From Candidatus Planktophila sp. (lineage in GTDB: Bacteria; Actinomycetota; Actinomycetes; Nanopelagicales; Nanopelagicaceae), in contig SHUV01000003.1 in NCBI GenBank assembly GCA_009694515.1, forward strand, positions 624-64,623: a DNA stretch of 64,000 nucleotides, given 5' to 3'. This document shows positions 1 to 11,818 of this stretch, piece after piece. The notes below the pieces were generated by a model. It did not search any database and had not been told where the DNA came from. It saw only the letters and a list, made by a program, of their open reading frames with translations. The position numbers were made by a program, and so were the translations under genes. Numbering within the stretch: the stretch's first letter is position 1; every line of letters begins with the position of its first letter.

Positions 1-1
1 C

Positions 2-2955
<2,954 letters not shown>

Positions 2956-2973
2956 GTATAGCGCGGGGGATTG

Positions 2974-3891
2974 ATGAACTTTCATACCGCCAGTACCAAC
3001 TACCTCAACCATTTACGCGTTGAGCGAGCATTAGCCACAAACACCACTGAGTCATATCAACGTGATTTGGGAAAGTTTGCAATCTTTCTGATTAATTGCG
3101 ATAAGGATTTCACCCATCTTGTGCCATCGGATATTGAAACCTTCGAAATCTTCCTAAAAGATTCCAAAATGAGTGGCTCCAGCATTAATAGGTGCATCTC
3201 AGCACTCAAAGGGTTCTATCGATACTGCGCCTTGGAATATGAGTTTTTCAATCCAACAACAGAGTCAATAACTCGCAAGACGCCGCGACGCTTACCCAAG
3301 GCACTTTCGATCTCTGAGATTACTTCGCTGATTATGTCAGCCAAACGAGAGGGTGATCCCATCTCGTTGCGAGATAGTGCGATATTGGAAATTTTGTACT
3401 CCACCGGCGCACGTGTGAGTGAAGTGATAGGCATTAACTTTGCCGATATTGCAACACAGGATTTAGAAGGCGAGCGAATTTCAGTGGTGAAATTGCGAGG
3501 CAAAGGTTCTAAAGAACGAATAGTCCCGCTCGGCAAATTCGCCTTCACTGCACTTGATGACTATTTAGTGCGCACCAGACCACTTCTAGCGGCTAAGAAT
3601 ACAAAGAGTGAGAGCGCACTGTTTCTTAACTCAAGAGGCAAGCGGCTTTCACGTCAGAGTACATGGCAGATAGTTCTTGATGCCGCTGTTGCTACGGGCC
3701 TTGAAGGCAAGGTCTCACCTCACGTATTTAGGCACTCTTATGCAACGCATTTACTCGATGGCGGGGCAGACATTCGAGTTGTGCAAGAACTACTGGGTCA
3801 TTCTTCGGTGACAACAACCCAGATTTACACGCTGATAACCATCGATAAAGTGCGCGAAAGTTATAGCTCTGCCCACCCAAGAGCTAAGTGA
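2974..3891 (+). CDS. xerD: Site-specific tyrosine recombinase XerD
   Basis: Catalytic residues in LYSTGARVSE, SPHVFRHSYATHLL and LGHSSVTTTQIY; pyrG-xerD synteny. Confidence 0.93.
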   Translation: MNFHTASTNYLNHLRVERALATNTTESYQRDLGKFAIFLINCDKDFTHLVPSDIETFEIFLKDSKMSGSSINRCISALKGFYRYCALEYEFFNPTTESITRKTPRRLPKALSISEITSLIMSAKREGDPISLRDSAILEILYSTGARVSEVIGINFADIATQDLEGERISVVKLRGKGSKERIVPLGKFAFTALDDYLVRTRPLLAAKNTKSESALFLNSRGKRLSRQSTWQIVLDAAVATGLEGKVSPHVFRHSYATHLLDGGADIRVVQELLGHSSVTTTQIYTLITIDKVRESYSSAHPRAK

Positions 3892-4305
3892 TTACAGCCC
3901 GCGAAGACGACGAGCAAGAATGCTCTGATCACCCTTAGCTTCTAGATCAGCAATGATGACAGCGATTGATTCGCGAACTATGCGACCGCGATCGACAGCT
4001 AGACCTAAATCTCCACGTAACATCAAGCGCGCTTGATCAAGATCAAAGAGTTCATCAGTTGATAAGTAAACAGTTATCTTCTCTTCATGTAGTTCGCGCC
4101 CGGAAGGAGATTTCTCGGCAGCGGTAACTCGTCTGCGAGAAATTGTTCGGACACCCTTCTTGGTCTTGGTTTGTGATGTGCCAACCGTTTGTGGGGAAGT
4201 GGGCGCAGCAGGTGCGGCTTCAACTACTTGTCGAACAGCGCTCAGTGCCGGAGTATTAGCGCGGAATAATTCATCTGCTCCGGGCAAGCTTGCTCTGCGT
4301 GTCAT
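3892..4305 (-). CDS. Small ParA-associated protein with predicted C-terminal ribbon-helix-helix-like domain (SCO1771-like)
   Basis: 4-bp overlap with parA. N-terminal MTRRASLPGADELFR, a low-complexity linker, then KITVYL (beta strand) followed by two helices. Confidence 0.75.
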   Translation of the reverse strand: MTRRASLPGADELFRANTPALSAVRQVVEAAPAAPTSPQTVGTSQTKTKKGVRTISRRRVTAAEKSPSGRELHEEKITVYLSTDELFDLDQARLMLRGDLGLAVDRGRIVRESIAVIIADLEAKGDQSILARRLRGL

Positions 4306-5186
4306 CGGGCGCCTCCTCTGGCGATTAGTTCTCGGGCTAGGCGGCGATAGGACTGTGCACCACCTGAAGATGATGCATATGCGGTGATGGGTTCACCCGC
4401 AACGGTTGTTTCTGAGAATCGAATGGTTTTAGCAATGATTGTTTCAAAGACATCATCGGGATACTTCTCAAGGATAGCTGTGAGAACCTCGCGATTATGA
4501 AGTGTTTTACGTTCATACATTGTGGCCAAGATTCCTATGAGTTTAAGTTCAGGATTAAGGAAACTTCTCACCTTATCGATATTGCCTTTCAACTCGATAA
4601 ATCCGTGAAGTGCGAAATATTCACATTGCAGCGGAACAATAACTTCATCTGAAGCAACGAGTGCGTTAATAGTGAGCTGACCCATCGTAGGTTGGCAATC
4701 AATGAGAATGACATCGTATTCAGAACTCAGTCTTGCTAGCGCACGCTTGAGATACTGCTGCCCACCGATTTCAGCGCCAAGTGTTGTTTCAGCGGTACCG
4801 AGATCACGGTTTGCTGGTAGGAAATCTAAATTAGCAACTGATGACTTGAGCACAATCTCATCTATATTGGCATCTGGTGTCATCAGCGCGTAATAGACAG
4901 TGTTCTCAAGTGCAAGGCTATGTGCATTCACACCAAGACCAAGGGAGAGACCACCTTGTGGGTCAAAATCGACTAGAAGTACCCGGCGACCAAGTTCGGC
5001 AAGGGCAGCACCTAGGTTAATTGTGGAGGTAGTTTTACCCACCCCACCTTTTTGGTTAAAGATTGAAATGATTTTCGCATCCCCGTGCTCTGTTAGGGGT
5101 GCTGGGATCTTAAAATTCTTTGGTTCACGTCCAAGTAGGTTGGCTGTAGTTGCCACATGATCGTCAAATGTCGATTTAGCGTTCAA
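4302..5186 (-). CDS. ParA/Soj-family ATPase (Rv1708/PldP/SCO1772-like)
   Basis: Deviant Walker A FNQKGGVGKTT, plus LLVDFDPQG, ILIDCQP and VIVPLQCEYFAL. Confidence 0.95.
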   Translation of the reverse strand: MNAKSTFDDHVATTANLLGREPKNFKIPAPLTEHGDAKIISIFNQKGGVGKTTSTINLGAALAELGRRVLLVDFDPQGGLSLGLGVNAHSLALENTVYYALMTPDANIDEIVLKSSVANLDFLPANRDLGTAETTLGAEIGGQQYLKRALARLSSEYDVILIDCQPTMGQLTINALVASDEVIVPLQCEYFALHGFIELKGNIDKVRSFLNPELKLIGILATMYERKTLHNREVLTAILEKYPDDVFETIIAKTIRFSETTVAGEPITAYASSSGGAQSYRRLARELIARGGAR

Positions 5187-5264
5187 GCGAGAAACCTCTT
5201 TTCATTTGCCGCGACTCTACGCGTAATGCGCAGCGATATGCAAGTAACGAAGTAGTGTTCGCAC

Positions 5265-6137
5265 GTGGAAAATACCCTAATTCCGGTTCCATCACCGGAG
5301 GCTATCCCGGCTGATACGGGATTTAAAGTCCACCTGTCCAACTTCGATGGCCCCTTTGATCTCCTGCTCCAACTGATTTCTCGCCACAAGCTAGATATCA
5401 CCGAGGTATCACTTAGCCTAGTCACCGATGAATTCATCTCATTTATTAGAAAACTAGAGGAAACGGGCGAGGGTTGGCGCCTAGACCAGGCGACTGAGTT
5501 CCTGGTTATCGCTGCCACCCTTTTGGATCTCAAGGCGGCTCGTCTGCTGCCTAGCGGCGAGATTGAGGACGAGGAAGACCTCGCCATCCTGGAGGCAAGG
5601 GACATTCTTTTTGCCAGATTGCTTCAGTACAGAGCCTTTAAGGAGATTGCCGCCTCCTTTCAGGTGGCGATTCTGGCTGCCGACAAGTCCTTTCCGCGCG
5701 TGGTTGCCCTCGATCCGGCCCTTGCTTCACTACTTCCTGAAGTCCTGATCGGGGTAGGTGCCCAACGCTTTGCTGCGATAGCTGAGCGTGTGCTCACGCC
5801 TAAAGCTCCTCCAGTTGTGGCTGTCGAGCACCTTCACAGCGCTCTCGTGAGCGTAGCGGAGGAGTCTCGCTCAGTTGTCGAGGCGCTGCGAAAGTCGCGA
5901 ACCCTATCTTTTAGAAATCTTATACAGGGCGCGGACTCCACCCTCGTTGTCGTGGCCAGATTCCTAGCTCTGCTAGACCTCTATCGCCAGGGCGCCTTGC
6001 GATTTGAGCAGGTAATGGCCCTGGGCGAGCTCCAGGTAACCTGGATCGGCTCCGATGAAGGAGAAGTTCTAGCGACCAATGAGTTTGATATCCAGCCAGA
6101 GGTCGAAAACGAGACAGAAGAGGCCGAAAATGTCTAA
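5265..6137 (+). CDS. scpA: Segregation and condensation protein A
   Basis: FDGPFDLLLQLI, ATEFLVIAATLLDLKAARLLP, VVARFLALLDL. Confidence 0.95.
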   Translation: MENTLIPVPSPEAIPADTGFKVHLSNFDGPFDLLLQLISRHKLDITEVSLSLVTDEFISFIRKLEETGEGWRLDQATEFLVIAATLLDLKAARLLPSGEIEDEEDLAILEARDILFARLLQYRAFKEIAASFQVAILAADKSFPRVVALDPALASLLPEVLIGVGAQRFAAIAERVLTPKAPPVVAVEHLHSALVSVAEESRSVVEALRKSRTLSFRNLIQGADSTLVVVARFLALLDLYRQGALRFEQVMALGELQVTWIGSDEGEVLATNEFDIQPEVENETEEAENV

Positions 6138-6696
6138 TCCAGAGATTCATAGTCATGAGCTTGCCCGTTCCATCGAAGCGATTCTAATGGTCGTAGATGA
6201 GCCGGTCACTGAATTGACCCTCGCCACAGTCCTTGAAGTCCCGGTCGAACAGATTATCTCGGCGTTAGAGGCGCTGGTGCCGAGCTACTCTGATCGCGGA
6301 TTCGCCCTGAAGGCGATCAACGGGGGATGGCGCTTCTATAGCCACCCAGACTTTAGCTCGGCGGTCGAGAAGTTCGTTCTAGATGGCCAGCAGAACCGAC
6401 TTACCCAAGCCGCCCTGGAAACCCTGGCCGTGATCGCCTATCGACAACCAGTTTCACGTGCTCGAGTCTCAGCTATCCGAGGAGTAAATGTAGAGGCAGT
6501 GATGAAGACCCTCATCGCTCGAGGTCTGGTGGAGGAGTATGGGGTCGAAAATGAAACTGGATCTATTCTCTATAAGACTACGAGCTACTTCCTGGAGCGG
6601 CTAGGCCTAAATGCCCTGACTGACCTGCCGCCGCTAGCGCCTCATCTGCCAGATATCGATAACCTGGATGAGATTCTCGATTCGCTTACTGACTAG
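6130..6696 (+). CDS. scpB: Segregation and condensation protein B
   Basis: IEAILMV, LTQAALETLAVIAYRQPVSR, YKTTSYFLERLGL; ATG 6130 overlaps the scpA stop. Confidence 0.95.
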   Translation: MSNPEIHSHELARSIEAILMVVDEPVTELTLATVLEVPVEQIISALEALVPSYSDRGFALKAINGGWRFYSHPDFSSAVEKFVLDGQQNRLTQAALETLAVIAYRQPVSRARVSAIRGVNVEAVMKTLIARGLVEEYGVENETGSILYKTTSYFLERLGLNALTDLPPLAPHLPDIDNLDEILDSLTD

Positions 6697-6789
6697 CTAA
6701 CGCTCTACACTCATCACTTCCACCCCTTAGCCGACGCCTCGACTGTCGAGGTCCGTGCGGGGAGTTGACTGTCGAGAATGGATAGCCAC

Positions 6790-7509
6790 ATGGCCGAAAT
6801 GCGCCTGAATAAGATTATTGCCGAAGCGGGAATCACTAGCCGGCGTGGTGCCGATGAACTCATCATGGATGGTCGAGTGACCATAGATGGACACCAGGTT
6901 AGAGAGCTCGGTGCGAAATTTGACCCAGATAAGGTCAAAGTAGCGGTAGATGGTGAGACAATTTTACGTTCTTTGTCTAAGACTTATTTAGCACTTTATA
7001 AACCTAGAGGTGTTTTGTCAACCATGTTTGACCCAGAAGGTCGCCCTTCACTATCTGACTTTATTAACCTTCGAACCGAGCGCCTTTTCCATGTGGGACG
7101 CCTGGATAAAGATTCCGAAGGACTCATCCTTCTCACAAACGATGGAGATCTGACTTTTCGAGCGACCCATCCCTCCTTTGGCCTTGAAAAGACCTACATC
7201 ATCGAATTTGATGGAAAGCTTCCAGTTGGAGTCGAAAAGACCCTTTTGAAGGGGGTCGAGCTCGAAGATGGAATGGGACGAGTCCTGAGCTTTAACCACC
7301 TCTCGCCGCAGTGGATAGAGGTGGTTATCCACGAAGGTCGCTACCACATCATCCGTCGTCTGATGGAGGCGGTAGGAGTGGAGGTCCTTCGATTGATTAG
7401 AACGAAGTTTGGACCTATCTCTCTGGGAGAGACTCTCGAGGGACGATGGCGAGATCTAAATAGCGGTGAATTGGTAAGCCTGCAAACTGCTTTAGTAATA
7501 AAACCTTAA
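6790..7509 (+). CDS. rluB: rRNA pseudouridine synthase (RluB/RsuA family)
   Basis: S4 domain RLNKIIAEAGITSRRGAD; catalytic VGRLDKDSEGLILLTND. Start uncertain (6778/6790/6799). Confidence 0.9.
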   Translation: MAEMRLNKIIAEAGITSRRGADELIMDGRVTIDGHQVRELGAKFDPDKVKVAVDGETILRSLSKTYLALYKPRGVLSTMFDPEGRPSLSDFINLRTERLFHVGRLDKDSEGLILLTNDGDLTFRATHPSFGLEKTYIIEFDGKLPVGVEKTLLKGVELEDGMGRVLSFNHLSPQWIEVVIHEGRYHIIRRLMEAVGVEVLRLIRTKFGPISLGETLEGRWRDLNSGELVSLQTALVIKP

Positions 7510-7773
7510 ATCTATACAGAATTGTTTAATCATTAAGTAAATAAATCGACACAATTTTGGCCTGATGCATTGATATAGATATATCGATAAAAAGACGCTC
7601 AATAATTACTCTTCAATATCGATAAATAGATACGTTCAAAGTGTATGGATCTTCTGAGTTGACGAGTCCCTCAATTCATTTATGTTCGTTAGCGTTTAGT
7701 CGATAAAAATGTTAAAGGGCAAAACCATTTGCAATCAAACTCTCAGAAAAGGAGTTAAGGCTACACTTGCCTA
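7510..7773. repeat. AT-rich non-coding spacer with short direct repeats
   Basis: 264 bp, about 33% GC by hand count. ATATCGATAAA at 7581 and 7616; TCGATAAAAA at 7584 and 7700. Confidence 0.7.
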
Positions 7774-8136
7774 ATGTCAGTGCGCGCAATCAGGGGAGCA
7801 ACCCAGGTAGAGGCCAATACGGCTGAAAATATCTACTCGGGTGTGGTTGAGCTGCTCTCTGAAATTCTCAACGCAAACGGGCTCACCCCTCAAGATGTTA
7901 TTTCTGTGCTCTTCACCTCGAGCCCTGATCTCAATGCGGCTTTTCCGGCTGCCGGTGCGCGGGAGGTCGGTTTTGCATCAGTTCCGCTGATTTGCGCCGT
8001 AGAGATTGACGTTCCTGGAGCCCTTGAACGCACGATTCGGGTGATGGCCCACGTGGAAACCGATGCGAGCGCTGACTCAATCTCACATATCTACTTGCAT
8101 GGAGCTAAATCCCTGCGCCGGGATATAGCGCAGTAG
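7774..8136 (+). CDS. aroH: Chorismate mutase, AroH class
   Basis: VRAIRGATQV, FTSSPDLNAAFPA, IYLHGAKSLRRD. Confidence 0.93.
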   Translation: MSVRAIRGATQVEANTAENIYSGVVELLSEILNANGLTPQDVISVLFTSSPDLNAAFPAAGAREVGFASVPLICAVEIDVPGALERTIRVMAHVETDASADSISHIYLHGAKSLRRDIAQ

Positions 8137-8139
8137 CTC

Positions 8140-9210
8140 ATGAGCGTGAAACTTCCCTTTTCGAACGTCTGCATTATCGGCTCCGGCCTAATCGGCACCT
8201 CTATTGGCCTAGCTCTGTCCAATAATGGCGTCTCGGTGACCATGCTCGATCAAGATTCGCGCACCCAGGGCATAGCCCAAGCTCTGATGGGCAATGAAGT
8301 GGGCGAAATCTCCGGCGCCGAACTCGTTATCTCTGCTGTTCCAGTTTCAGCTTTTCCTATGGTCATTACTACCCTCGAAAGAGTAACCTTCAAGAATGTA
8401 TTGATAGATGTAGCTTCCATAAAAACTCAACCTCTACTTGAAGTATTGAAATCGTCTTTGAACAGCTCGCAATTCCTGCCGACACATCCCATGGCAGGGC
8501 GTGAATTCTCAGGTGTTGAGTCAGCTCGAGCAGATCTCTTCGAAGGACGTCCTTGGATGATTGATTCCACTGGGGTTGATCAGAGGGCAGTTCTTTGGGG
8601 CAAGGCTCTGATTGAGTCGCTAGGCGCTCAAGTCATTGATATGCCGGCCGCCGATCACGATCAAGCGGTAGCCCTAGTCTCACATCTTCCTCAACTCATC
8701 TCTTCACTGCTGGCCAAGCAGTTGGCTGGAAAACCAGTGAGCTGGCTAGAGCTATCTGGGGGAGGGTTACGAGATACCACCCGCATTGCAGCCTCTGATC
8801 CGTCTCTATGGAAAGAAATTATCGCCGCCAATAGTTCGGCCATCGCACCTCTACTCAAATCGCTTGCGAATGATCTCAACTCTCTGATTTCTAATATTGA
8901 AAGTGAAAGCTTCGTTGCGGGCGTGATTACAGATGGGCAGGTTGGTAGAGCACTCATTCCCGGCAAACATGGTGGTAAAGCTCGTGAATACACCCATCTG
9001 CCGATCGTGATTGAAGATAAACCAGGTCAACTGGCTGCGATATTTGATGAGTGTGCGAAGGTTTCAGTCAATATCGAAGATCTCTCCATCGAGCATTCAC
9101 CAGGTCAAGAGACTGGATTGATAACGCTGGCCGTGTCACATGCCGATGCAATGACTTTGAAAGCTCACTTAGAGAGTGAAGGCTGGGACGTGCACGCTCC
9201 TCGTTCGTAA
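8140..9210 (+). CDS. tyrA: Prephenate dehydrogenase with C-terminal ACT domain
   Basis: IIGSGLIGTS, HPMAGRE, SHLPQL, GLRDTTRIA; ACT motif IEDKPGQLA. Confidence 0.92.
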   Translation: MSVKLPFSNVCIIGSGLIGTSIGLALSNNGVSVTMLDQDSRTQGIAQALMGNEVGEISGAELVISAVPVSAFPMVITTLERVTFKNVLIDVASIKTQPLLEVLKSSLNSSQFLPTHPMAGREFSGVESARADLFEGRPWMIDSTGVDQRAVLWGKALIESLGAQVIDMPAADHDQAVALVSHLPQLISSLLAKQLAGKPVSWLELSGGGLRDTTRIAASDPSLWKEIIAANSSAIAPLLKSLANDLNSLISNIESESFVAGVITDGQVGRALIPGKHGGKAREYTHLPIVIEDKPGQLAAIFDECAKVSVNIEDLSIEHSPGQETGLITLAVSHADAMTLKAHLESEGWDVHAPRS

Positions 9211-9240
9211 TTCTCTGTATTGGGCACCTGCGCCTTAGAA

Positions 9241-9246
9241 TATAAT
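9241..9246 (+). promoter_or_regulatory. Putative -10 box for cmk-der
   Basis: Perfect TATAAT 16 nt upstream of the GTG start at 9263; no clear -35 box. Confidence 0.45.
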
Positions 9247-9262
9247 AACTTATAGATGGGCT

Positions 9263-11239
9263 GTGAAGATGATTGTTGTTGCACTAGATGGCCCTAGCGG
9301 CTCTGGTAAATCCAGCACATCAAAGAACATCGCCATTCGAGCCGGATGGAGTTATTTAGATACCGGAGCTTTATATCGCGCTATCACTTTCATTGCTTTA
9401 TCGATAAAGAGTGATAACGCAAACGACATTATCGCCGCCGTCACTGACTCACCGATTACCTTTAACTCCAATCCGAGAGATCCACAAGTCTTTGTTGGCA
9501 CAACGAATGTAAGTGAAGAGATTCGTAGTCAAGAAGTGACAGAGAAGGTTTCCATTATTAGCGCCCTTCCTCAAATACGCGCAGAACTACTTACGCTGCA
9601 GAGATCGATTATTGCTAAAGCAGACCGCGGGATTGTGGTTGAGGGGCGCGACATCGGAACAGTGGTCTGCCCTGATGCTGCACTCAAGATTTATCTCACC
9701 GCAGAGATTTCAGCACGGGCAGCTAGACGAGATGCTGAACAAGATGGCGTGGCAGGGGGAGTCGATGCTGTTGCGCACTCACTTTCAACCCGCGATGAGA
9801 TTGATTCAAATCGCACAATTTCACCGTTATCGATGGCAACGGATGCGGTGCATATTGATTCAACTGAACTTACGCTTGATGAAACCGTGGAACGAATTTG
9901 GGAACTCTTATCGCAACGTTCGCTGTTGGGCCTTCCGATTGTTGCCATTCTTGGACGTCCGAACGTTGGCAAATCAACCCTCATTAATCGCTTTATTGGT
10001 CGCCGTGAAGCAATCGTTGAAGACACTCCGGGTGTTACGCGAGATCGTGTGCAATACGAATGCGAATGGGGCGGTCGTCGCTTCATCATTATGGACACTG
10101 GTGGCTGGGAATCTAAACCAGATGGAATTTCAGTTCAGGTCAGTGCCAGTGCCGAACTTGCCATGTTTGAAGCAGATGTTCTCTGTTTCGTTGTAGACGC
10201 ACAGGTTGGTGCACTAGATGAAGATGATATTTTGGTACAAGAGTTACGGAAGGCAAAGAAGCCAACAATTCTGGTTGCTAACAAAGTTGACGGTGATAAC
10301 GATGAATCTGATGCGCATGCATTGTGGAACATCGGCTTAGGTGAACCGCACTTTGTTTCGGCTTTGCACGGTCGCGGTAGCGGAGATCTACTTGATTCAA
10401 TTACCAAACTCCTGCCCGAAGTAGGAGCGGCGCAAGTACAAGATGGCTATCGTCGTATTGCACTCATTGGGCGTCCAAATGTTGGCAAATCAAGTTTGCT
10501 CAATGCACTGGCGGGGGAGAACCGCTCTATCGTCGATGATGTTGCCGGAACAACGCGAGATCCAGTTGATGAACTGATTGAATTTGGTGGCAGTATCTGG
10601 AGATTTGTAGATACCGCTGGGCTCAAAAAGCGCGCTAACCAAGCTAGCGGAACAGATTATTACGCGACTTTGCGAACACAGACGGCGCTAGAACGCTGTG
10701 AATGTGCAGTAGTCATCCTTGATGCATCCGTTCCTATCTCCGAACAGGACCTACGAGTTATCACGATGGTCGAAGAGGCGGGCAAGGCGATGGTCATAGT
10801 CATGAATAAATGGGATCTGGTTGATGATGACCGACGCGCTCAACTTGATAAAGAAATTGAACGACATCTAGATCAGGTCGAATGGGCGCAGATCGTTAAT
10901 GTTGCAGCCAAGACCGGATGGCACCGTGATCGCTTAGCACCGGCACTTCGCACGGCAATCGATTCTTGGGAACGTCGTGTTCCAACATCCAAACTCAACT
11001 CTTTCTTGGGCGCCCTCATTGGAGCGACTCCGCCGCCTGTGCGTGGTGGAAAGCAGCCAAAGGTTTACTACGCAACACAGGCCGGTATCGCGCCACCTAA
11101 ATTCGTGGTCTTCTCATCTGGCTGGATTGAAGCTTCCTATCGTAGATTTATCGAGCGTCGCTTACGCGAAGAGTTCAAATTCCCTGGGACTCCAGTTCAA
11201 GTCGCTATTCGCGTGAAGGAACGAGATAAGGAGCAGTAG
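9263..11239 (+). CDS. cmk-der: Fused cytidylate kinase / ribosome biogenesis GTPase Der
   Basis: N-terminal VALDGPSGSGKSS, YLDTGALYR, VEGRDIG (Cmk), then two GRPNVGKS GTPase domains and a KH-like tail, all in one ORF. Confidence 0.95.
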   Translation: MKMIVVALDGPSGSGKSSTSKNIAIRAGWSYLDTGALYRAITFIALSIKSDNANDIIAAVTDSPITFNSNPRDPQVFVGTTNVSEEIRSQEVTEKVSIISALPQIRAELLTLQRSIIAKADRGIVVEGRDIGTVVCPDAALKIYLTAEISARAARRDAEQDGVAGGVDAVAHSLSTRDEIDSNRTISPLSMATDAVHIDSTELTLDETVERIWELLSQRSLLGLPIVAILGRPNVGKSTLINRFIGRREAIVEDTPGVTRDRVQYECEWGGRRFIIMDTGGWESKPDGISVQVSASAELAMFEADVLCFVVDAQVGALDEDDILVQELRKAKKPTILVANKVDGDNDESDAHALWNIGLGEPHFVSALHGRGSGDLLDSITKLLPEVGAAQVQDGYRRIALIGRPNVGKSSLLNALAGENRSIVDDVAGTTRDPVDELIEFGGSIWRFVDTAGLKKRANQASGTDYYATLRTQTALERCECAVVILDASVPISEQDLRVITMVEEAGKAMVIVMNKWDLVDDDRRAQLDKEIERHLDQVEWAQIVNVAAKTGWHRDRLAPALRTAIDSWERRVPTSKLNSFLGALIGATPPPVRGGKQPKVYYATQAGIAPPKFVVFSSGWIEASYRRFIERRLREEFKFPGTPVQVAIRVKERDKEQ

Positions 11240-11241
11240 CA

Positions 11242-11799
11242 ATGTTGACGATTCCCAATGCGCTCACCTTCCTGCGATTCCTAGGAATCCCACTTTTTAT
11301 CTGGCTCACCTTGGATCGAAACTTTGATGGCTGGGCAATCTTGGTCCTGATTATTGGCGGCGCTACTGATTATTTTGATGGGAAGTTAGCTCGCGCGTTA
11401 AATCAAGAATCGCGCTTTGGTGAGATCGCGGATCCTACGATTGATCGACTCTATATTGCAGCCACCATCATCGTCTTATACATCCGAGATGCGATTCCGC
11501 TTTGGGTCATTCTTCTTTTGGTAGCCCGTGATATTTCTATGGCGATTCTTGCTTTCGTTATCCAGATGCGAGGACTTCCGACTCTGCAAGTCACATATCT
11601 GGGCAAGGCGGCAACATTTAATCTGCTCTATGCCTTCCCATTTTTACTTCTGGCGCTTAACTCGAATTGGTATGGCACCGTTTCCTTCATTTTCGGCTGG
11701 GCCTTTACCGGCTGGGGAGTGGCTCTTTATTTAGCCACGGCCATCGGGTATTTCCGGACCGGGATAAATAGCATTAGAGTGCGCCCACAAGTTATCTAG
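11242..11799 (+). CDS. CDP-alcohol phosphatidyltransferase (PgsA2/cardiolipin synthase-like)
   Basis: TIPNALTFLR and TDYFDGKLARALNQESRFGEIADPTIDR signature. Confidence 0.9.
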   Translation: MLTIPNALTFLRFLGIPLFIWLTLDRNFDGWAILVLIIGGATDYFDGKLARALNQESRFGEIADPTIDRLYIAATIIVLYIRDAIPLWVILLLVARDISMAILAFVIQMRGLPTLQVTYLGKAATFNLLYAFPFLLLALNSNWYGTVSFIFGWAFTGWGVALYLATAIGYFRTGINSIRVRPQVI

Positions 11800-11818
11800 G
11801 GGATGGTAGAGGCGCACG

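Noticed and set aside
2974-3891. Tyrosine recombinase as a phage or island integrase
   Set aside because: Length, motifs and pyrG-scpAB synteny match housekeeping XerD; no att repeats or cargo genes.
7510-7773. AT-rich spacer as oriC, or a c-di-GMP-I riboswitch at GGGCAAAACC
   Set aside because: No DnaA boxes, and the region lies near dif. The GAAA tetraloop and second GCAAA stem of the riboswitch are missing.
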